Shown here: piece by piece, positions 49,901 to 56,904 of the stretch
How positions within the stretch are numbered: the stretch's first letter is position 1
Layout: each line of letters opens with the position of its first letter
Virus record (IMG/VR): IMGVR_UViG_3300035070_002626
Span: 235,911 to 299,910 of that record
DNA: 64,000 bases
Strand: one strand, 5' to 3'
Translations under genes and position numbers: made by a program
Notes under the pieces: generated by a model
Database searches by the model: none
Told to the model about the DNA's origin: nothing
Seen by the model: the letters and a program-made list of their open reading frames with translations, nothing else

Positions 49901-51449
49901 AACTGATTGGGTTACTATTGTTGCACTTGGCGTAACAACGCCAACACAACTAAGCTGGAGTGCACCTCAAGTACAACGTTTTATACATGATGGCAGCACA
50001 TCGCAATACACATTAACAAAAAGCTTACAAGGCACAAATATTGTTAACATGGTAGTTGAGCGCAACGGATTACGTCTACGAGCACCAGAGGGTATCGAGT
50101 ATACCAGTGATGGGTCAAGTTTAGGTCCGTATTATTTGAGCACAACAGGTAAAACAAATCAAGGATTAATTGCAGACAACGATGTTCTCGTGTATGTTGA
50201 CAATGTACAACAGAATCTCGCAGTTGATTGGACACTCAGTGAATTTGATGGCAGTAGTGATAGATATGTTGAGTTTAATGCATCATCTCAACCAGCAGAC
50301 GGTGCAGAAATTTTAATTGCAGTAACAACTGAAGCCGATTATACAATAGTAAACACAAATGATTTGTTGCTACGTGTTGGATCTGCGCCTAACACAACGT
50401 TCACTGTGTACACATTTAATGACACGTCTGAACAAAACATTATCACCAAAGTGTATCAAGGTCCTACTACCGAAGGAGCAACTACTAGTGTTGCGTTTGA
50501 TGAAAGTGATTATGATGTTGACCCATTTGATTACACACTAGGTATATCTATCGAAACTAACAATTTTGCTCTTGGCAGACTTGTAACTGATGCAGGTAGA
50601 CTGTTTGTATCGCTAAATGGCAAATATCTCAAAGACGGTGTGGACTTTGAACTAAGTATTGGCACAGATGGTCTCAGTGTTCTTACTATTAGCGGCGGCA
50701 TACTTGGACCCATTGATGTGTTGGTAGTAACTATATTCACAATGAGTGTTGTCCCGGATAGTTTAAACTTCCGTATTTTCCAAGACATGCTAGGAAATCA
50801 AAAAATACTCAAACTAAACAGCAGCAATACCACTGAGTTAACATCTGCACTAGCAATGGATGATGATGTTGTTTATGTCAAGGATGCAAGCAAGTTGAGT
50901 GCACCGAATCTAGAATCAAACATATTTGGTCAGATGATAGTTGGTGCAGAGCGCATTACTTACAGAACACGCAATTTAGCAAACAACACTGTTAGTGGAT
51001 TGCGCAGAGGCGTAGCTGGTACCGGTGCAATGGCGCACGTTAGTGGCGAAAGTGTCAGTGATGTTGGGCTAGCACAACAGTTGCCAAGTACGTATCAGCA
51101 AAAAACTACAACCGATAAAACAAATATTGGCGACGGTTCAACTACTACCTTTATTGGGTCTGGTATTGTTGTACCATCAACGATTGACAGTACAGAGCTC
51201 GACGAAGCAGTTAGAGTTAGTGTTGGCGGCGCAGAGCTGATCAATACTGTTGATTATACTGTAACTCAAGTTGATGCAACCCAGGTTGAAGTAACACTCA
51301 CAACTGCACCAACAGACGGCGTAGAAATTGATATCTCAATAGTCAATGGTAACGTAATGTACAAACAAGGAAATAATACAGCAAGTAACGGAATTGCGCT
51401 GCAAGACCAAACTACTGTAGCAGCATTATTTCTTAAAGACCAAGGTTAA
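37929..51449 (+). CDS. Giant 4506-aa baseplate wedge/structural protein (gp7 position)
   Basis: Uninterrupted 13.5-kb ORF after gp6; FG-GAP-like repeats (FGTSIA..IGAP), repeated V.VNG..DY modules, VKPYHVQIRE motif. Confidence 0.8.
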   Translation: MAKRIRSEQFLPEIFQTPANKQLLRTTLDQLYQNPKLKPTQGYIGRKIGPGVTASDNYVLEPTETRTNYQLEPGVVQLKPNTNQVENAITYPGIIDSLQMQGADVSRHDRLFNSEYYSFDPFVDYDKYVNFGQYYWVPQGPDSVDVFSNSIPVQDDFDVEDTDDGYTFSGEAGTLPTLSVVREGNYTFNINSPGNNFWIQSVPGVSGVLPFQPNQSSRQVLGVSNNGEDSGTVRFDVPAKDAQNFYFTLSDIGATDLIDGTLKFTDINNQYVDEFLAVNGGIDGISDLENRTLILTTTSDSGWEIQTPFDTEGNGYGEGPFDDSTPIATDAERYVQWRINFNYADPDRPYMELTVNQSIANLSKTNIEYGTNNAGATWYKNAEGTMERQPLITANSDILYYQDGSDDTNFGIIRIVDQENAADLNISEILGKTNYTSPNGVVFTNGLKVRFIGTVVPASYANNEYYVEGVGASIDLLLTTNFVTPEKYTASSSVPYDSNPYDEGNFDETLNAPTAQDYLTVNRASIDRNAWSRSNRWFHIDVLDATATYNNVPLTINNDNRAKRPILEFRKNLKLFNAGTEGINSIDIIDFSETDAFSNINGTIGYSIDGYSLISGSQVIFAADADPEVRNKIYEVQFVELTPGATPIIDLQPASLTTPDVPANTTTVVMSGNTQQGKAYWFNGTNWISAQQKTKVNQAPLFDIFDSNGYSYSDITVYPSSTFVGTKLFSYAVGSGATDTIIEQPLKYSTIANVGDIVFDNNLYVDTFVYVSGTTSVTKMIDEGTVRQYNTRTTFDKLLGWQTSFTKTVQRQSFSFEYNAAPLVLDVQVIADTSLIPVKVYVEGQFVLPEDYTYATNVDNTTTITFNTDKQPVTGTVIEVQVISDTESSVAFYTIPVNLESNALNENSSGFTLGTVRKHYESICQNLENFSGKIHGANNVRDLGNVVPFGGLILQQSAPLSMMTNFINGRDFEFFRALEFNAVEYNKTKNKILNYVAQNDWQSKTTAEILDDALEAINAGKNQFSPFYWTDAIPSGPIFELTTYTVSAITTNVFDTLYSYNMFAANYAGILVYYTPKSTGVETILTGNGHDYTVAADGPRITINTDNVTLATGDIISIREYKSTSGSYVPATPSMMGMYEIFKPEKFLDNTYVEPQQVIRGHDGSITIAWDNGDFRNDVLLEFENRVYNNIKISEESRKMLPIKAADVIPGQFRTTDYSAATINSMLSVSFLSWAGGNRVPYKDQDYIPTNEFTWNYSNSTNRLSGDSLLGGWRAIYFQLYDTDSPDTRPWEMLGLSEKPSWWNDRYGPAPYTSGNLVLWEDLAAGRVADPIAPYVRKDYVRPGLLDVIPTDSQGRLLSPFDSVVGNYDQNSFKKSWVVGDMGPAETAWKRSSYYPFAIQRLLALTKPADYFSLYSDRDAWDYNAVFGQYLLNNRFRLNASQIGIYGNGTIKNSYINFIVDYNRVTGLDSTAILTSKLANIDIRLCYRMAAFSDQNYLKIFSEKSSPNSLNASLLLPDESYQLFLYQNPSFSEIQYSSVIVQRTTTGYTVSGYSTTKPYFSILESVSSGNFNRMTVNGETFRVANTYSKNVVTVPYGYEFSSKNAVVDFLVSYGKLLESQGMEFDTVENTAILNWEQMAQEFLYWAGQGWIAGSLINLNPAANILKLEQPNSVVESLKNENINDILLDQNYEPLMSSEYAVERLDNELKLIGLNNQTFSYLNARFTSYEHIIVFDNVSIFNDLVYEPKTAARQSRLLLNGYTVYDWNGTLDAQGFILNEDNIEPWVPNKSYTKGQIVLYKNRYWSAVELLAPTEKFDFSKWIKSDYNKIQKGLLPNLSSKASGLQENYDIHTANLEQDATLLGLGLIGFRPRQYMQNLNLDDISQAGLYSQFLGTKGTLQAAEIFTSANLGKDQAEYEIFENWAIQRGLYGASANRSYYELQLDESKLLGNPTTIDVVNAGETSSADQSISLNNIWKQSYKITDTNILPTIDQIPADVGLPSAGYVNYDDVDIKVFNYSDLTNIILNMEKVTVGTNVWVAKDNRYDWNIYRTNVVNASVVRVFDNLDGTCTVTFDVNHGLSAADRLIVKYFNSNVDGAYIVKSVPSLKTLVIDLMLLGNTTDITGDGRAFVLESVRVKQPADISSLSFVDEIQPTNEVWVDNSGNDTWEVLEKINPFGTPSDLDGPVAQINARFGTSIAQGLRNQGLVIGAPGYNSSVGAITVYNKGEGVYVETATISPATTGFNEFGSSLAVGGFDWAIVGAPASDSNKGYAVAVNRNPNNGNYRQSQIFVGASGASEQGYGVAISNDERWMYISSPADNNIDAYNLVNVQSQSVEYTGDAVTTSFAITPAIVVSGTLLTAQTQIGVTVNNIPKLAGVDWNLESVSGTTNVKFTTALNNGDDLRITRLLSYIDNTVVAETTFDTSMLYTVTDIYSFAVYVNNVLQRPGIDYTFVGNDVVLSSPATGTVFINSQSYWKHVDTFTVASVVGGARLGQSISTTTDGRQIMIGAPDDTVGSDTLAGTVHVMDRSVERFQVTDATVATYTVTDTPNGPVSVTVNGNYLIPTNNFNNPQFSVAGNVVTIGTTANPVTLNVGDIIEIETNNFRLMQSIQSTTPGASYSFGSVVKNCPTNCSLYIGVPNDSAIMPEAGSVERWANQSRLFGTITGTVANPVLSVGDSIRINNYYVTLTGTTVASLVNDINGADIPNVLAVADAGKLLLTLQNVAAGDEFIKLQVLPGVGTAYDDLGIAQMVFAQKITSPLVQAYGHFGTSASISNNALTLVVGAPDSTAIMATTFDTATTDFDSDSTPFSDPVAQSGVAITFDFLNAANPSITNFGKFVYGQQIFDTSINSLDKFGTAVDYRDGTLLVGAPNDDLDDSTDTNSGRTIQIINAKKELAWKVVYKQEPVVNTALLNSVFLYDKISSNVTNYLDFIDPLNGKILGSAQANIDYTGGVDPAAYNTGTVNNFGSQWNSNHLGEMWWDLSTVRFIDYHQDTIEYKARRWGQLFEGSVVDVYQWTENTVPPSEYAGIGEVYSTTSYTMTSMIDSVGTFVTYYYYWVKGITSVSPSKTLSAAGVTQYIANPRSSGISYAAALSPSTTALYNCNSLISAKDTILHIEFDKIANTDNVHAEYDLITVGNPSSFLGAGLYRKLLDSFCGEDTLGNIVPDATLSIADKYGVNFRPRQSMFKDRFLALENYLSRANKIMALYPLTDSKKFDLLNSEEPEPTKVSGAWDKRVATYAELTYQDLQQVPVGYIYLVASDSTQQGLWTTYTVQANKTLLLSRVQTYDTKLYWNYVDWVAVGYDASVKPTTEVAVYSDLLALTPVNGQAVKVTANSFGKSEIYQWTSAAGEWVRVQLTDGTVAISNTIWDYAIGNYGFDTEVFDAQRFDQAPNTETRQILKALNEEIFTTDLEIYRNELLIQVFEFITTEQLAPDWLFKTSLIDVSHKIRDLLPYPIYKRDNQDFVSDYIEEVKPYHVQIREFNLRYEGIDSYNGSATDFDVPAYYDELRQGFISPILDNNVDNPSSVSSFPSTDPIWQTWPYSQWFNNYLLELTSVTVLNGGTGYTVPPQVIVTGDATTQATMEAKVNSAGNVISISVLTPGSGYTTTPIITISGGNGVGATAIAVLAPSLIRDIVTTIKYDRITYNSQVVDWQANTVYTANELVRYPVPTVGTVNTVQAKVYQVITDFTSASTFDPENFTVVDPTTLDGADRTIGMYTPTPNQPGRELAQLMAGIDYPGVQVQGPDFDQNTGFDVGNYDVNPFDNLDFGPEGLPTYSTDILDVIYESSFVDSYLGIRATDINVEGGEFIDTYSSHAPEELVPGSEFDTLDLKVYTRPGSDWSNNGHGFDIKDISVEYTGVGTTVSFANLMQHPVELEIYNELSGQNVDPSTYTINWVTKVITFNSGNVGNVFDVQVYGLGGGSQLYKESFVGSTITNATQRINVAYTEIAEMVVFVNGALFTNYTYAASGSFATDVTFNTQPTSTDWVTIVALGVTTPTQLSWSAPQVQRFIHDGSTSQYTLTKSLQGTNIVNMVVERNGLRLRAPEGIEYTSDGSSLGPYYLSTTGKTNQGLIADNDVLVYVDNVQQNLAVDWTLSEFDGSSDRYVEFNASSQPADGAEILIAVTTEADYTIVNTNDLLLRVGSAPNTTFTVYTFNDTSEQNIITKVYQGPTTEGATTSVAFDESDYDVDPFDYTLGISIETNNFALGRLVTDAGRLFVSLNGKYLKDGVDFELSIGTDGLSVLTISGGILGPIDVLVVTIFTMSVVPDSLNFRIFQDMLGNQKILKLNSSNTTELTSALAMDDDVVYVKDASKLSAPNLESNIFGQMIVGAERITYRTRNLANNTVSGLRRGVAGTGAMAHVSGESVSDVGLAQQLPSTYQQKTTTDKTNIGDGSTTTFIGSGIVVPSTIDSTELDEAVRVSVGGAELINTVDYTVTQVDATQVEVTLTTAPTDGVEIDISIVNGNVMYKQGNNTASNGIALQDQTTVAALFLKDQG

Positions 51450-51468
51450 CTAGATAGGTAAATACAGC

Positions 51469-52134
51469 ATGGAAGTAGATAAAGATAACGTTAACGAGAT
51501 GTCAATGGAACAAAATAAAGAAGTTGCACCAAACGAAAATGGTCAAGTTGCTATCAGTGGGCACATCAAGATTTTTGATCCGAACACCGATGAAGTAATT
51601 ATAGATAAACGTAATGCAATTCATTATGAAAATATGAGTGAAGCACTTGCAAACAGTCTTGCAAATAAAAGCATTGGACAAATCTATAGTATGTCATTTG
51701 GAAACGGCGGCAGTAGTGTAGATCCAACAGGTGTTATTACATACTTGCCACCTAATACTACAGGGCAAAACGCTAATCTATATAATCCAACATATTCAAA
51801 AGTTGTTGACGACAATAGTGCAGCAAACACCGACACCAGTAGAAACAAACTAACTGTAACGCATACCACTGGTAAAGTGTACACAGACATTCTAGTTAGT
51901 TGTCTATTAGATTACGGAGAGCCCAGTGGACAACAGGCATTCGATAATTCAACAGATTTTAATGGAGACTATGTGTTCGACGAGCTTGGACTTAAAGTTT
52001 GGAACGGCAGTGCAACTAATTTAAGATTGATAACACATGTTATTTTTCATCCAGTTCAGAAATCATTGAACAGACAAATACAAATTGATTACACAGTGCG
52101 CATTCAGACTTTGACAAATCTTAGTGCGACATAA
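51469..52134 (+). CDS. Baseplate/tail-collar structural protein
   Basis: GHIKIFDP, FDELGL, RQIQIDYTVRI; lies between the wedge and fibre genes. Confidence 0.6.
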   Translation: MEVDKDNVNEMSMEQNKEVAPNENGQVAISGHIKIFDPNTDEVIIDKRNAIHYENMSEALANSLANKSIGQIYSMSFGNGGSSVDPTGVITYLPPNTTGQNANLYNPTYSKVVDDNSAANTDTSRNKLTVTHTTGKVYTDILVSCLLDYGEPSGQQAFDNSTDFNGDYVFDELGLKVWNGSATNLRLITHVIFHPVQKSLNRQIQIDYTVRIQTLTNLSAT

Positions 52135-52162
52135 ATACACGTATATTATAAAGATATAAATA
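52132..52162 (+). promoter_or_regulatory. Tandem late promoters
   Basis: TAAATA 52132-52137 (overlaps the stop codon) and TATAAATA 52155-52162. Confidence 0.65.
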
Positions 52163-52187
52163 CACTTGGAAACGGAGTAATAAACAA

Positions 52188-53579
52188 ATGGCTTATACCA
52201 TTAACAAAACAGATGGTACGATCTTTGCAGTAGTTGCAGATGGTACTATTAATACAGATTCAAGCCAAATCATCGTAGGCAAAAACTACGCAGGATACGG
52301 CGAGTTCTTAGGAGAGAACTTTGTTCACTTGTTGGAAAATGCAGCAAACACAACTGCACCGGGAACACCGTTGCAAGGACAGTTATGGTATGATCAAACC
52401 AACAATGTTATTAAAGTATATAACGGCACATTGTTCAAGTCTATTTCGGGCGCAACTTCATCAACATCGGCACCGACTAGTAATGTAGCAGGCGACCTTT
52501 GGTTTGATACTGTAAACGATCAACTTAAAGTATACAGCGGTAGTGCTTTTGTAACGATTGGTCCAGCGTTTACTAGCGGCGAAGGCACTTCGGGCGCTAT
52601 TGTTGACACTATCACTGATAGTAGTCCAGGCGCAGATCATGTTGTTGTGTTGATGTATGTTAATAATGTTATTTGTGGTATTTGGTCTAAAGACGCAACT
52701 TTTACTCCGGCTGCGGCACTTTCGGGCTTTGCTACAATTTCTCCAGGTCTGAACTTGAGCACCACAGTAGCTGGCGCAACATTTAAGGGTACAGCATCAA
52801 ATGCTGATACACTTGACAGCTTAAACAGCACACAGTTTATGCGGGCAGATGCAGCCACTAGTACAACCGGGACATTAAGTGTATTAAATGATACTGGTGT
52901 ATACTTCGGCGGCGACAATGATGGTCGACTAAATGTTAGTGGCACAGATGTGTACTTTCAAAATCAAACACAAGATGGCGATATTATAATTCGTGTTAAC
53001 GATGGTGGTGTACAAACTACTGCTATGACAATTGATGGCGCAACTTCAGTTGTTACTGTTAACACTAGCTTGGTTTCAACAGGCTCAGTAACAGTTGGCA
53101 GTATAGTAAATGGCAATGCTGACGGCGTTGGTAATATTGGATCTCCTTCATTATCTTTTGACACAGTGTACGCTAGAGCAACGTCTGCAGAATACGCCGA
53201 TTTGGCGGAGCGTTTTGCAGCAGATGCAGAATATGCTCCTGGTACAGTTGTTGAACTCGGCGGTAGCGAAGAAGTTACAATTTGCGTAGATGATCTTTCG
53301 ACTAATGTTTTTGGGGTAGTATCAACTCGTCCAGCTTACACAATGAATGCAGGATCCGGGAACGATGCTACACATCCAGCAATTGCTATGACCGGGCGTG
53401 TTCCAGTTATGACAATGGGTTTTGTGTCTAAAGGTGATAGACTAGTAAGTGCAGGCAACGGCACAGCTAGAGCAGCAACTTTGGATGAAGTAACAGCATT
53501 TAACGTAATCGGCCGTGCGCTAACGAATAAGGAAAGCGACGGTTTTGGTACTGTAGAAGCGATTGTGAAAATTAGTTAA
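52188..53579 (+). CDS. Tail fibre with C-terminal peptidase G2-like intramolecular chaperone
   Basis: N-terminal GKNYAGYGE..ENF and GQLWYD repeats; C-terminal YADLAERF, GTVV.LGG, AMTGRVPV, KGDRLVS. Confidence 0.8.
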   Translation: MAYTINKTDGTIFAVVADGTINTDSSQIIVGKNYAGYGEFLGENFVHLLENAANTTAPGTPLQGQLWYDQTNNVIKVYNGTLFKSISGATSSTSAPTSNVAGDLWFDTVNDQLKVYSGSAFVTIGPAFTSGEGTSGAIVDTITDSSPGADHVVVLMYVNNVICGIWSKDATFTPAAALSGFATISPGLNLSTTVAGATFKGTASNADTLDSLNSTQFMRADAATSTTGTLSVLNDTGVYFGGDNDGRLNVSGTDVYFQNQTQDGDIIIRVNDGGVQTTAMTIDGATSVVTVNTSLVSTGSVTVGSIVNGNADGVGNIGSPSLSFDTVYARATSAEYADLAERFAADAEYAPGTVVELGGSEEVTICVDDLSTNVFGVVSTRPAYTMNAGSGNDATHPAIAMTGRVPVMTMGFVSKGDRLVSAGNGTARAATLDEVTAFNVIGRALTNKESDGFGTVEAIVKIS

Positions 53580-53583
53580 TTAC

Positions 53584-53703
53584 TATAAATACATAGATAC
53601 AAGATGACAACCCAGCTATATAGAAAAATAACTAAAACTACCTAATTGGGAATTCATTATATAGCGTAGGTTACACCTACTAATACAAAGGGAAAAATAA
53701 TTA
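53584..53703 (+). promoter_or_regulatory. Late promoter plus structured 5' leader
   Basis: TATAAATA 53584-53591; GCTATATA/TATATAGC stem (53615-53665); GTAGG-TTACA-CCTAC hairpin (53666-53680). Confidence 0.55.
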
Positions 53704-54630
53704 ATGGCGTACACAGCAGGAGATGTAATCTCACATGCAGATTACAATGATTTCGCTCAAAAAACAGATACAGTTTGGGGCACTGGTGCCGGAACTGACG
53801 GCTACGGGCAAACCAACACAATCGGTACAGTAACTGGTGGTGTTACAATTACAGCGACACAATGGGCAACATTGCTAGCAAGAATAACAAGTGCAGCAAA
53901 CCACCAGGGGTCGACAATTACAGCAATAACAAGTCCGACTGCTGGCGACACTATTTCGGCATATGCTGCATTGGCAACAAACGTTGCAGCGATCCAAAAC
54001 AATAATAATGCCGCTGCTAGTGGCAGTGATGCTACAGCAACTACTACAACAACTAGTGCGTGGACTGCAACTGCAACAACAAGCAAAACTGTTACATTTG
54101 CTAGTGCCGACCAACTGCGTTATTTCTTTAATGCCGGCGGCATGATTAGAATGGGTTTTAGTCGCACAGGCGGAACTGCAAGTGATCAAAACACTTCTTG
54201 GACAAACTTATTAGACCAAGCTGGTACAATTGTATTAACAGGATCTGGTAATCCAGGTTTTACTAAAACTATTGCAGGTGTAACTTACACTGGTACTACT
54301 AGAATTGGTGGCAGCGGCACCCCATCTACACTAGCCGAGGGAATTGGTGCGTATAACCTTACTGGGACAAACCAAACACTTTACAAACAATTCGCTACTA
54401 CATACACTTATACGTCAAACTACACTCAAATTGACGCATCAATTAGTGGAAATGTTATTACGTTCACAGTAACGCTAGCTGATGTCAGTGGTCCAAACGT
54501 ACCCGGCGGACTTGACAGCATCGACGGAACACTTACTATGACTACAACAATTCGTCAACCATCAACTACATACATTGCAAGTACATGGGGTTCAGTAACG
54601 CAGAATGCTGCATCTTGGACGCTAACTTAA
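53704..54630 (+). CDS. Thr-rich virion structural/fibre protein (308 aa)
   Basis: MAYTAGDVI..DYN N-terminus, RYFFNAGG motif; very T/G/A-rich. Confidence 0.7.
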   Translation: MAYTAGDVISHADYNDFAQKTDTVWGTGAGTDGYGQTNTIGTVTGGVTITATQWATLLARITSAANHQGSTITAITSPTAGDTISAYAALATNVAAIQNNNNAAASGSDATATTTTTSAWTATATTSKTVTFASADQLRYFFNAGGMIRMGFSRTGGTASDQNTSWTNLLDQAGTIVLTGSGNPGFTKTIAGVTYTGTTRIGGSGTPSTLAEGIGAYNLTGTNQTLYKQFATTYTYTSNYTQIDASISGNVITFTVTLADVSGPNVPGGLDSIDGTLTMTTTIRQPSTTYIASTWGSVTQNAASWTLT

Positions 54631-54661
54631 TATTTAAAAATTTAATCAGGTCATTGTTTGC

Positions 54662-54982
54662 ATGCTAACTACTAGCATGCAAACAGACCAACTCTCCCAA
54701 AACATTAAAACTAGATTTGATCATCAGCAAGCCAGGATTGTCTTGCGGGAAACGTATCAGGCTAAGATGCTTTTTGCGCATAGTGGCGGTATGTGGAAAG
54801 CATCGCCAGACTTGATTGTGTTGTGTGATTGTTGCCAAGATTCACTTGTAGTACTTGAAGATTATTATAATACACCAGTTAGTGTGGATCCGCGTGAACT
54901 TAAAAAATTAGCAATGCAGAGATGGCAGGAACAAATGAACGCCTGGCAAGCTGAATACAATGAAATTTCTAAACAAAGATGA
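54662..54982 (+). CDS. Hypothetical protein (about 100 aa)
   Basis: ORF track (ATG 54677 is an alternative start); ATGA overlap with the next gene. Confidence 0.65.
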   Translation: MLTTSMQTDQLSQNIKTRFDHQQARIVLRETYQAKMLFAHSGGMWKASPDLIVLCDCCQDSLVVLEDYYNTPVSVDPRELKKLAMQRWQEQMNAWQAEYNEISKQR

Positions 54983-55773
54983 CAACGGGTGCTTTACTTT
55001 TTGCGTTTGACAGTGAAATACAGTATACCAAACTTGCGGTTGAATGTGCTCGTCGAATAAAAGAACACCTCGGCATTCCAGTAACATTAGTCACTGACAA
55101 ACTTGTTGACTCGGGTATGTTCGATAATCAAGTTATAGTTGATCGAGGCAAAAACACCAATAGGCGATATTTTCATGATAGAAAAGAAACAACAACTTGG
55201 TATAACTTCGGCAGAAATGCTGCACTTGACTTGTCTCCTTATGATAGAACGCTATTAGTTGACACAGATTATATGGTCAACAGCGATTCATTAGCGCCGT
55301 TACTGGATAGTTCACAGCCCTTCTTGTGTCACAAACATGTGCGAAGTGTACACCAGCCGTCTCCAAGGCTGCAAAAGTTTGGAACAAAAAATTCACACAT
55401 GTGGTGGGCAACAGTTGTTATTTTTGATCGTCGCAGCCAATTTACACAAGATGTGTTTGATATTTGGAAAATGGTGGAACAAAATTATTCACACTATGGA
55501 GCGATGTTTGGATTTAACACTAAACAATATCGCAACGACTTTGCAATAAGCATTGCATTATTACTAGCCAATGGAAATACACACCCACATCAATGTGAAA
55601 TTCCGTGGCCAATGGCAAATGTAGAAACTGATGTAGAAATTGATTTAGTTGATGATACATGGTGGATCGAATACATCAATGATAAACGCAAAAAGAAAAT
55701 TTGTGTTAAAAATCATGATCTACATGTTATGTGCAAGAGTTATTTGGAGAAACTGTATGCAGTACGAAGCTGA
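54979..55773 (+). CDS. GT-A fold glycosyltransferase-like protein
   Basis: LSPYDRTLLVDTDY (DxD), WWATVVIF, RNDFAISIA; GT8-like. Confidence 0.7.
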   Translation: MTTGALLFAFDSEIQYTKLAVECARRIKEHLGIPVTLVTDKLVDSGMFDNQVIVDRGKNTNRRYFHDRKETTTWYNFGRNAALDLSPYDRTLLVDTDYMVNSDSLAPLLDSSQPFLCHKHVRSVHQPSPRLQKFGTKNSHMWWATVVIFDRRSQFTQDVFDIWKMVEQNYSHYGAMFGFNTKQYRNDFAISIALLLANGNTHPHQCEIPWPMANVETDVEIDLVDDTWWIEYINDKRKKKICVKNHDLHVMCKSYLEKLYAVRS

Positions 55774-56536
55774 TCGAGGATATCTAATTGTTGCAGGAAC
55801 TGCTGACAGTGTTGACTATATTTCCTGTGCAGAAACACTTGCAAAAAGTCTTAAGTACTGGCATCCGGATGTAAAGATTTGTCTAGTTACAGATCATGAA
55901 AACTATGCAAATCCTCTTTTTGATTATGTTAGGCAATTTCCGCAAGGAAACACAGGCGGCTGGTCCACTGATTGGCAAGTATTTTATGCTAGCCCATTTC
56001 ACGAAACTGTAAAACTCGAAGCAGACATGGTTGTCAGTGGCCCGATTGATCATTGGTGGCCACTATATCGAAACATGCCAGTTTGGATTAGCACCGGTGC
56101 ACGAAATTTCCATGGAACCACAACAACTGTGCGAAATTACAGAAAAATATTTGATCATAACAATTTACCTGATGTATATAATGCAATTACTTACTGGAGA
56201 GTAAGCCCTGATGCAGAACGATTCTTTAATAATGTAAAACAATGTTTTTACGATTGGGATAAAATTAAACTCAACATCAAGCTAGGAAGCGACGAAATAG
56301 CTAATACAGATTTAATTTATGCATTAAATGGCAGCGACTTTGTTACTCCGGGAATTGGTCCTCAAATTGTACACATGAAACCTAGAATACTTGGTACTAG
56401 TGCTGACGACTGGGCAAAAGAGCTAACATGGGAAGTAGACGATGGGGTACTACGTATCAACGGGCATAATCAACACGGATTTGTTCACTATCATCAAAAA
56501 GAACTAGCACAGCAATTAGGGCAGTACTATGACTGA
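55757..56536 (+). CDS. GT-A fold glycosyltransferase-like protein (paralogue)
   Basis: SPFHETVKLEADM (D/ExD), YNAITYW, NTDLIYA, C-terminal HY; GGAGA SD supports ATG 55757. Confidence 0.7.
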   Translation: MQYEADRGYLIVAGTADSVDYISCAETLAKSLKYWHPDVKICLVTDHENYANPLFDYVRQFPQGNTGGWSTDWQVFYASPFHETVKLEADMVVSGPIDHWWPLYRNMPVWISTGARNFHGTTTTVRNYRKIFDHNNLPDVYNAITYWRVSPDAERFFNNVKQCFYDWDKIKLNIKLGSDEIANTDLIYALNGSDFVTPGIGPQIVHMKPRILGTSADDWAKELTWEVDDGVLRINGHNQHGFVHYHQKELAQQLGQYYD

Positions 56537-56876
56537 AGAAGAACTAGCACAATTGTTTGACCAAATAATAGCAGACAATAAACCGGTTGACTATGAATAC
56601 AGATTGTACTATAATAAAGAAACTGGAGAACCTTTGTTCTACAGTATGGAAGAACATCACGATGGCGATTACATTACAGTAACACAGAAACAGCACAGCG
56701 AAGGTCGGTATGATATCCTTGTTCTCAAAGGCAGCATTGTCAGACGAAATGATGCAGTTAGTTGGACAAAACTAGCACCATCCGAGTCGGGTACTAGGTG
56801 CAGAGCTGACAATGCAATGATTGTGGATAACAACAGTGATATTAAGTGGGCTAGTAAAACATATTATCTAAAGTAA
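56529..56876 (+). CDS. Hypothetical protein (115 aa)
   Basis: ORF track; overlaps the upstream stop. Confidence 0.65.
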   Translation: MTEEELAQLFDQIIADNKPVDYEYRLYYNKETGEPLFYSMEEHHDGDYITVTQKQHSEGRYDILVLKGSIVRRNDAVSWTKLAPSESGTRCRADNAMIVDNNSDIKWASKTYYLK

Positions 56877-56904
56877 ATACTTTATATAATAAGGAAAATA
56901 TTAA

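Noticed and set aside
38139-50788. Many short nested ORFs in the giant gene
   Set aside because: Expected by chance in 13.5 kb; none shows a start context or motif.
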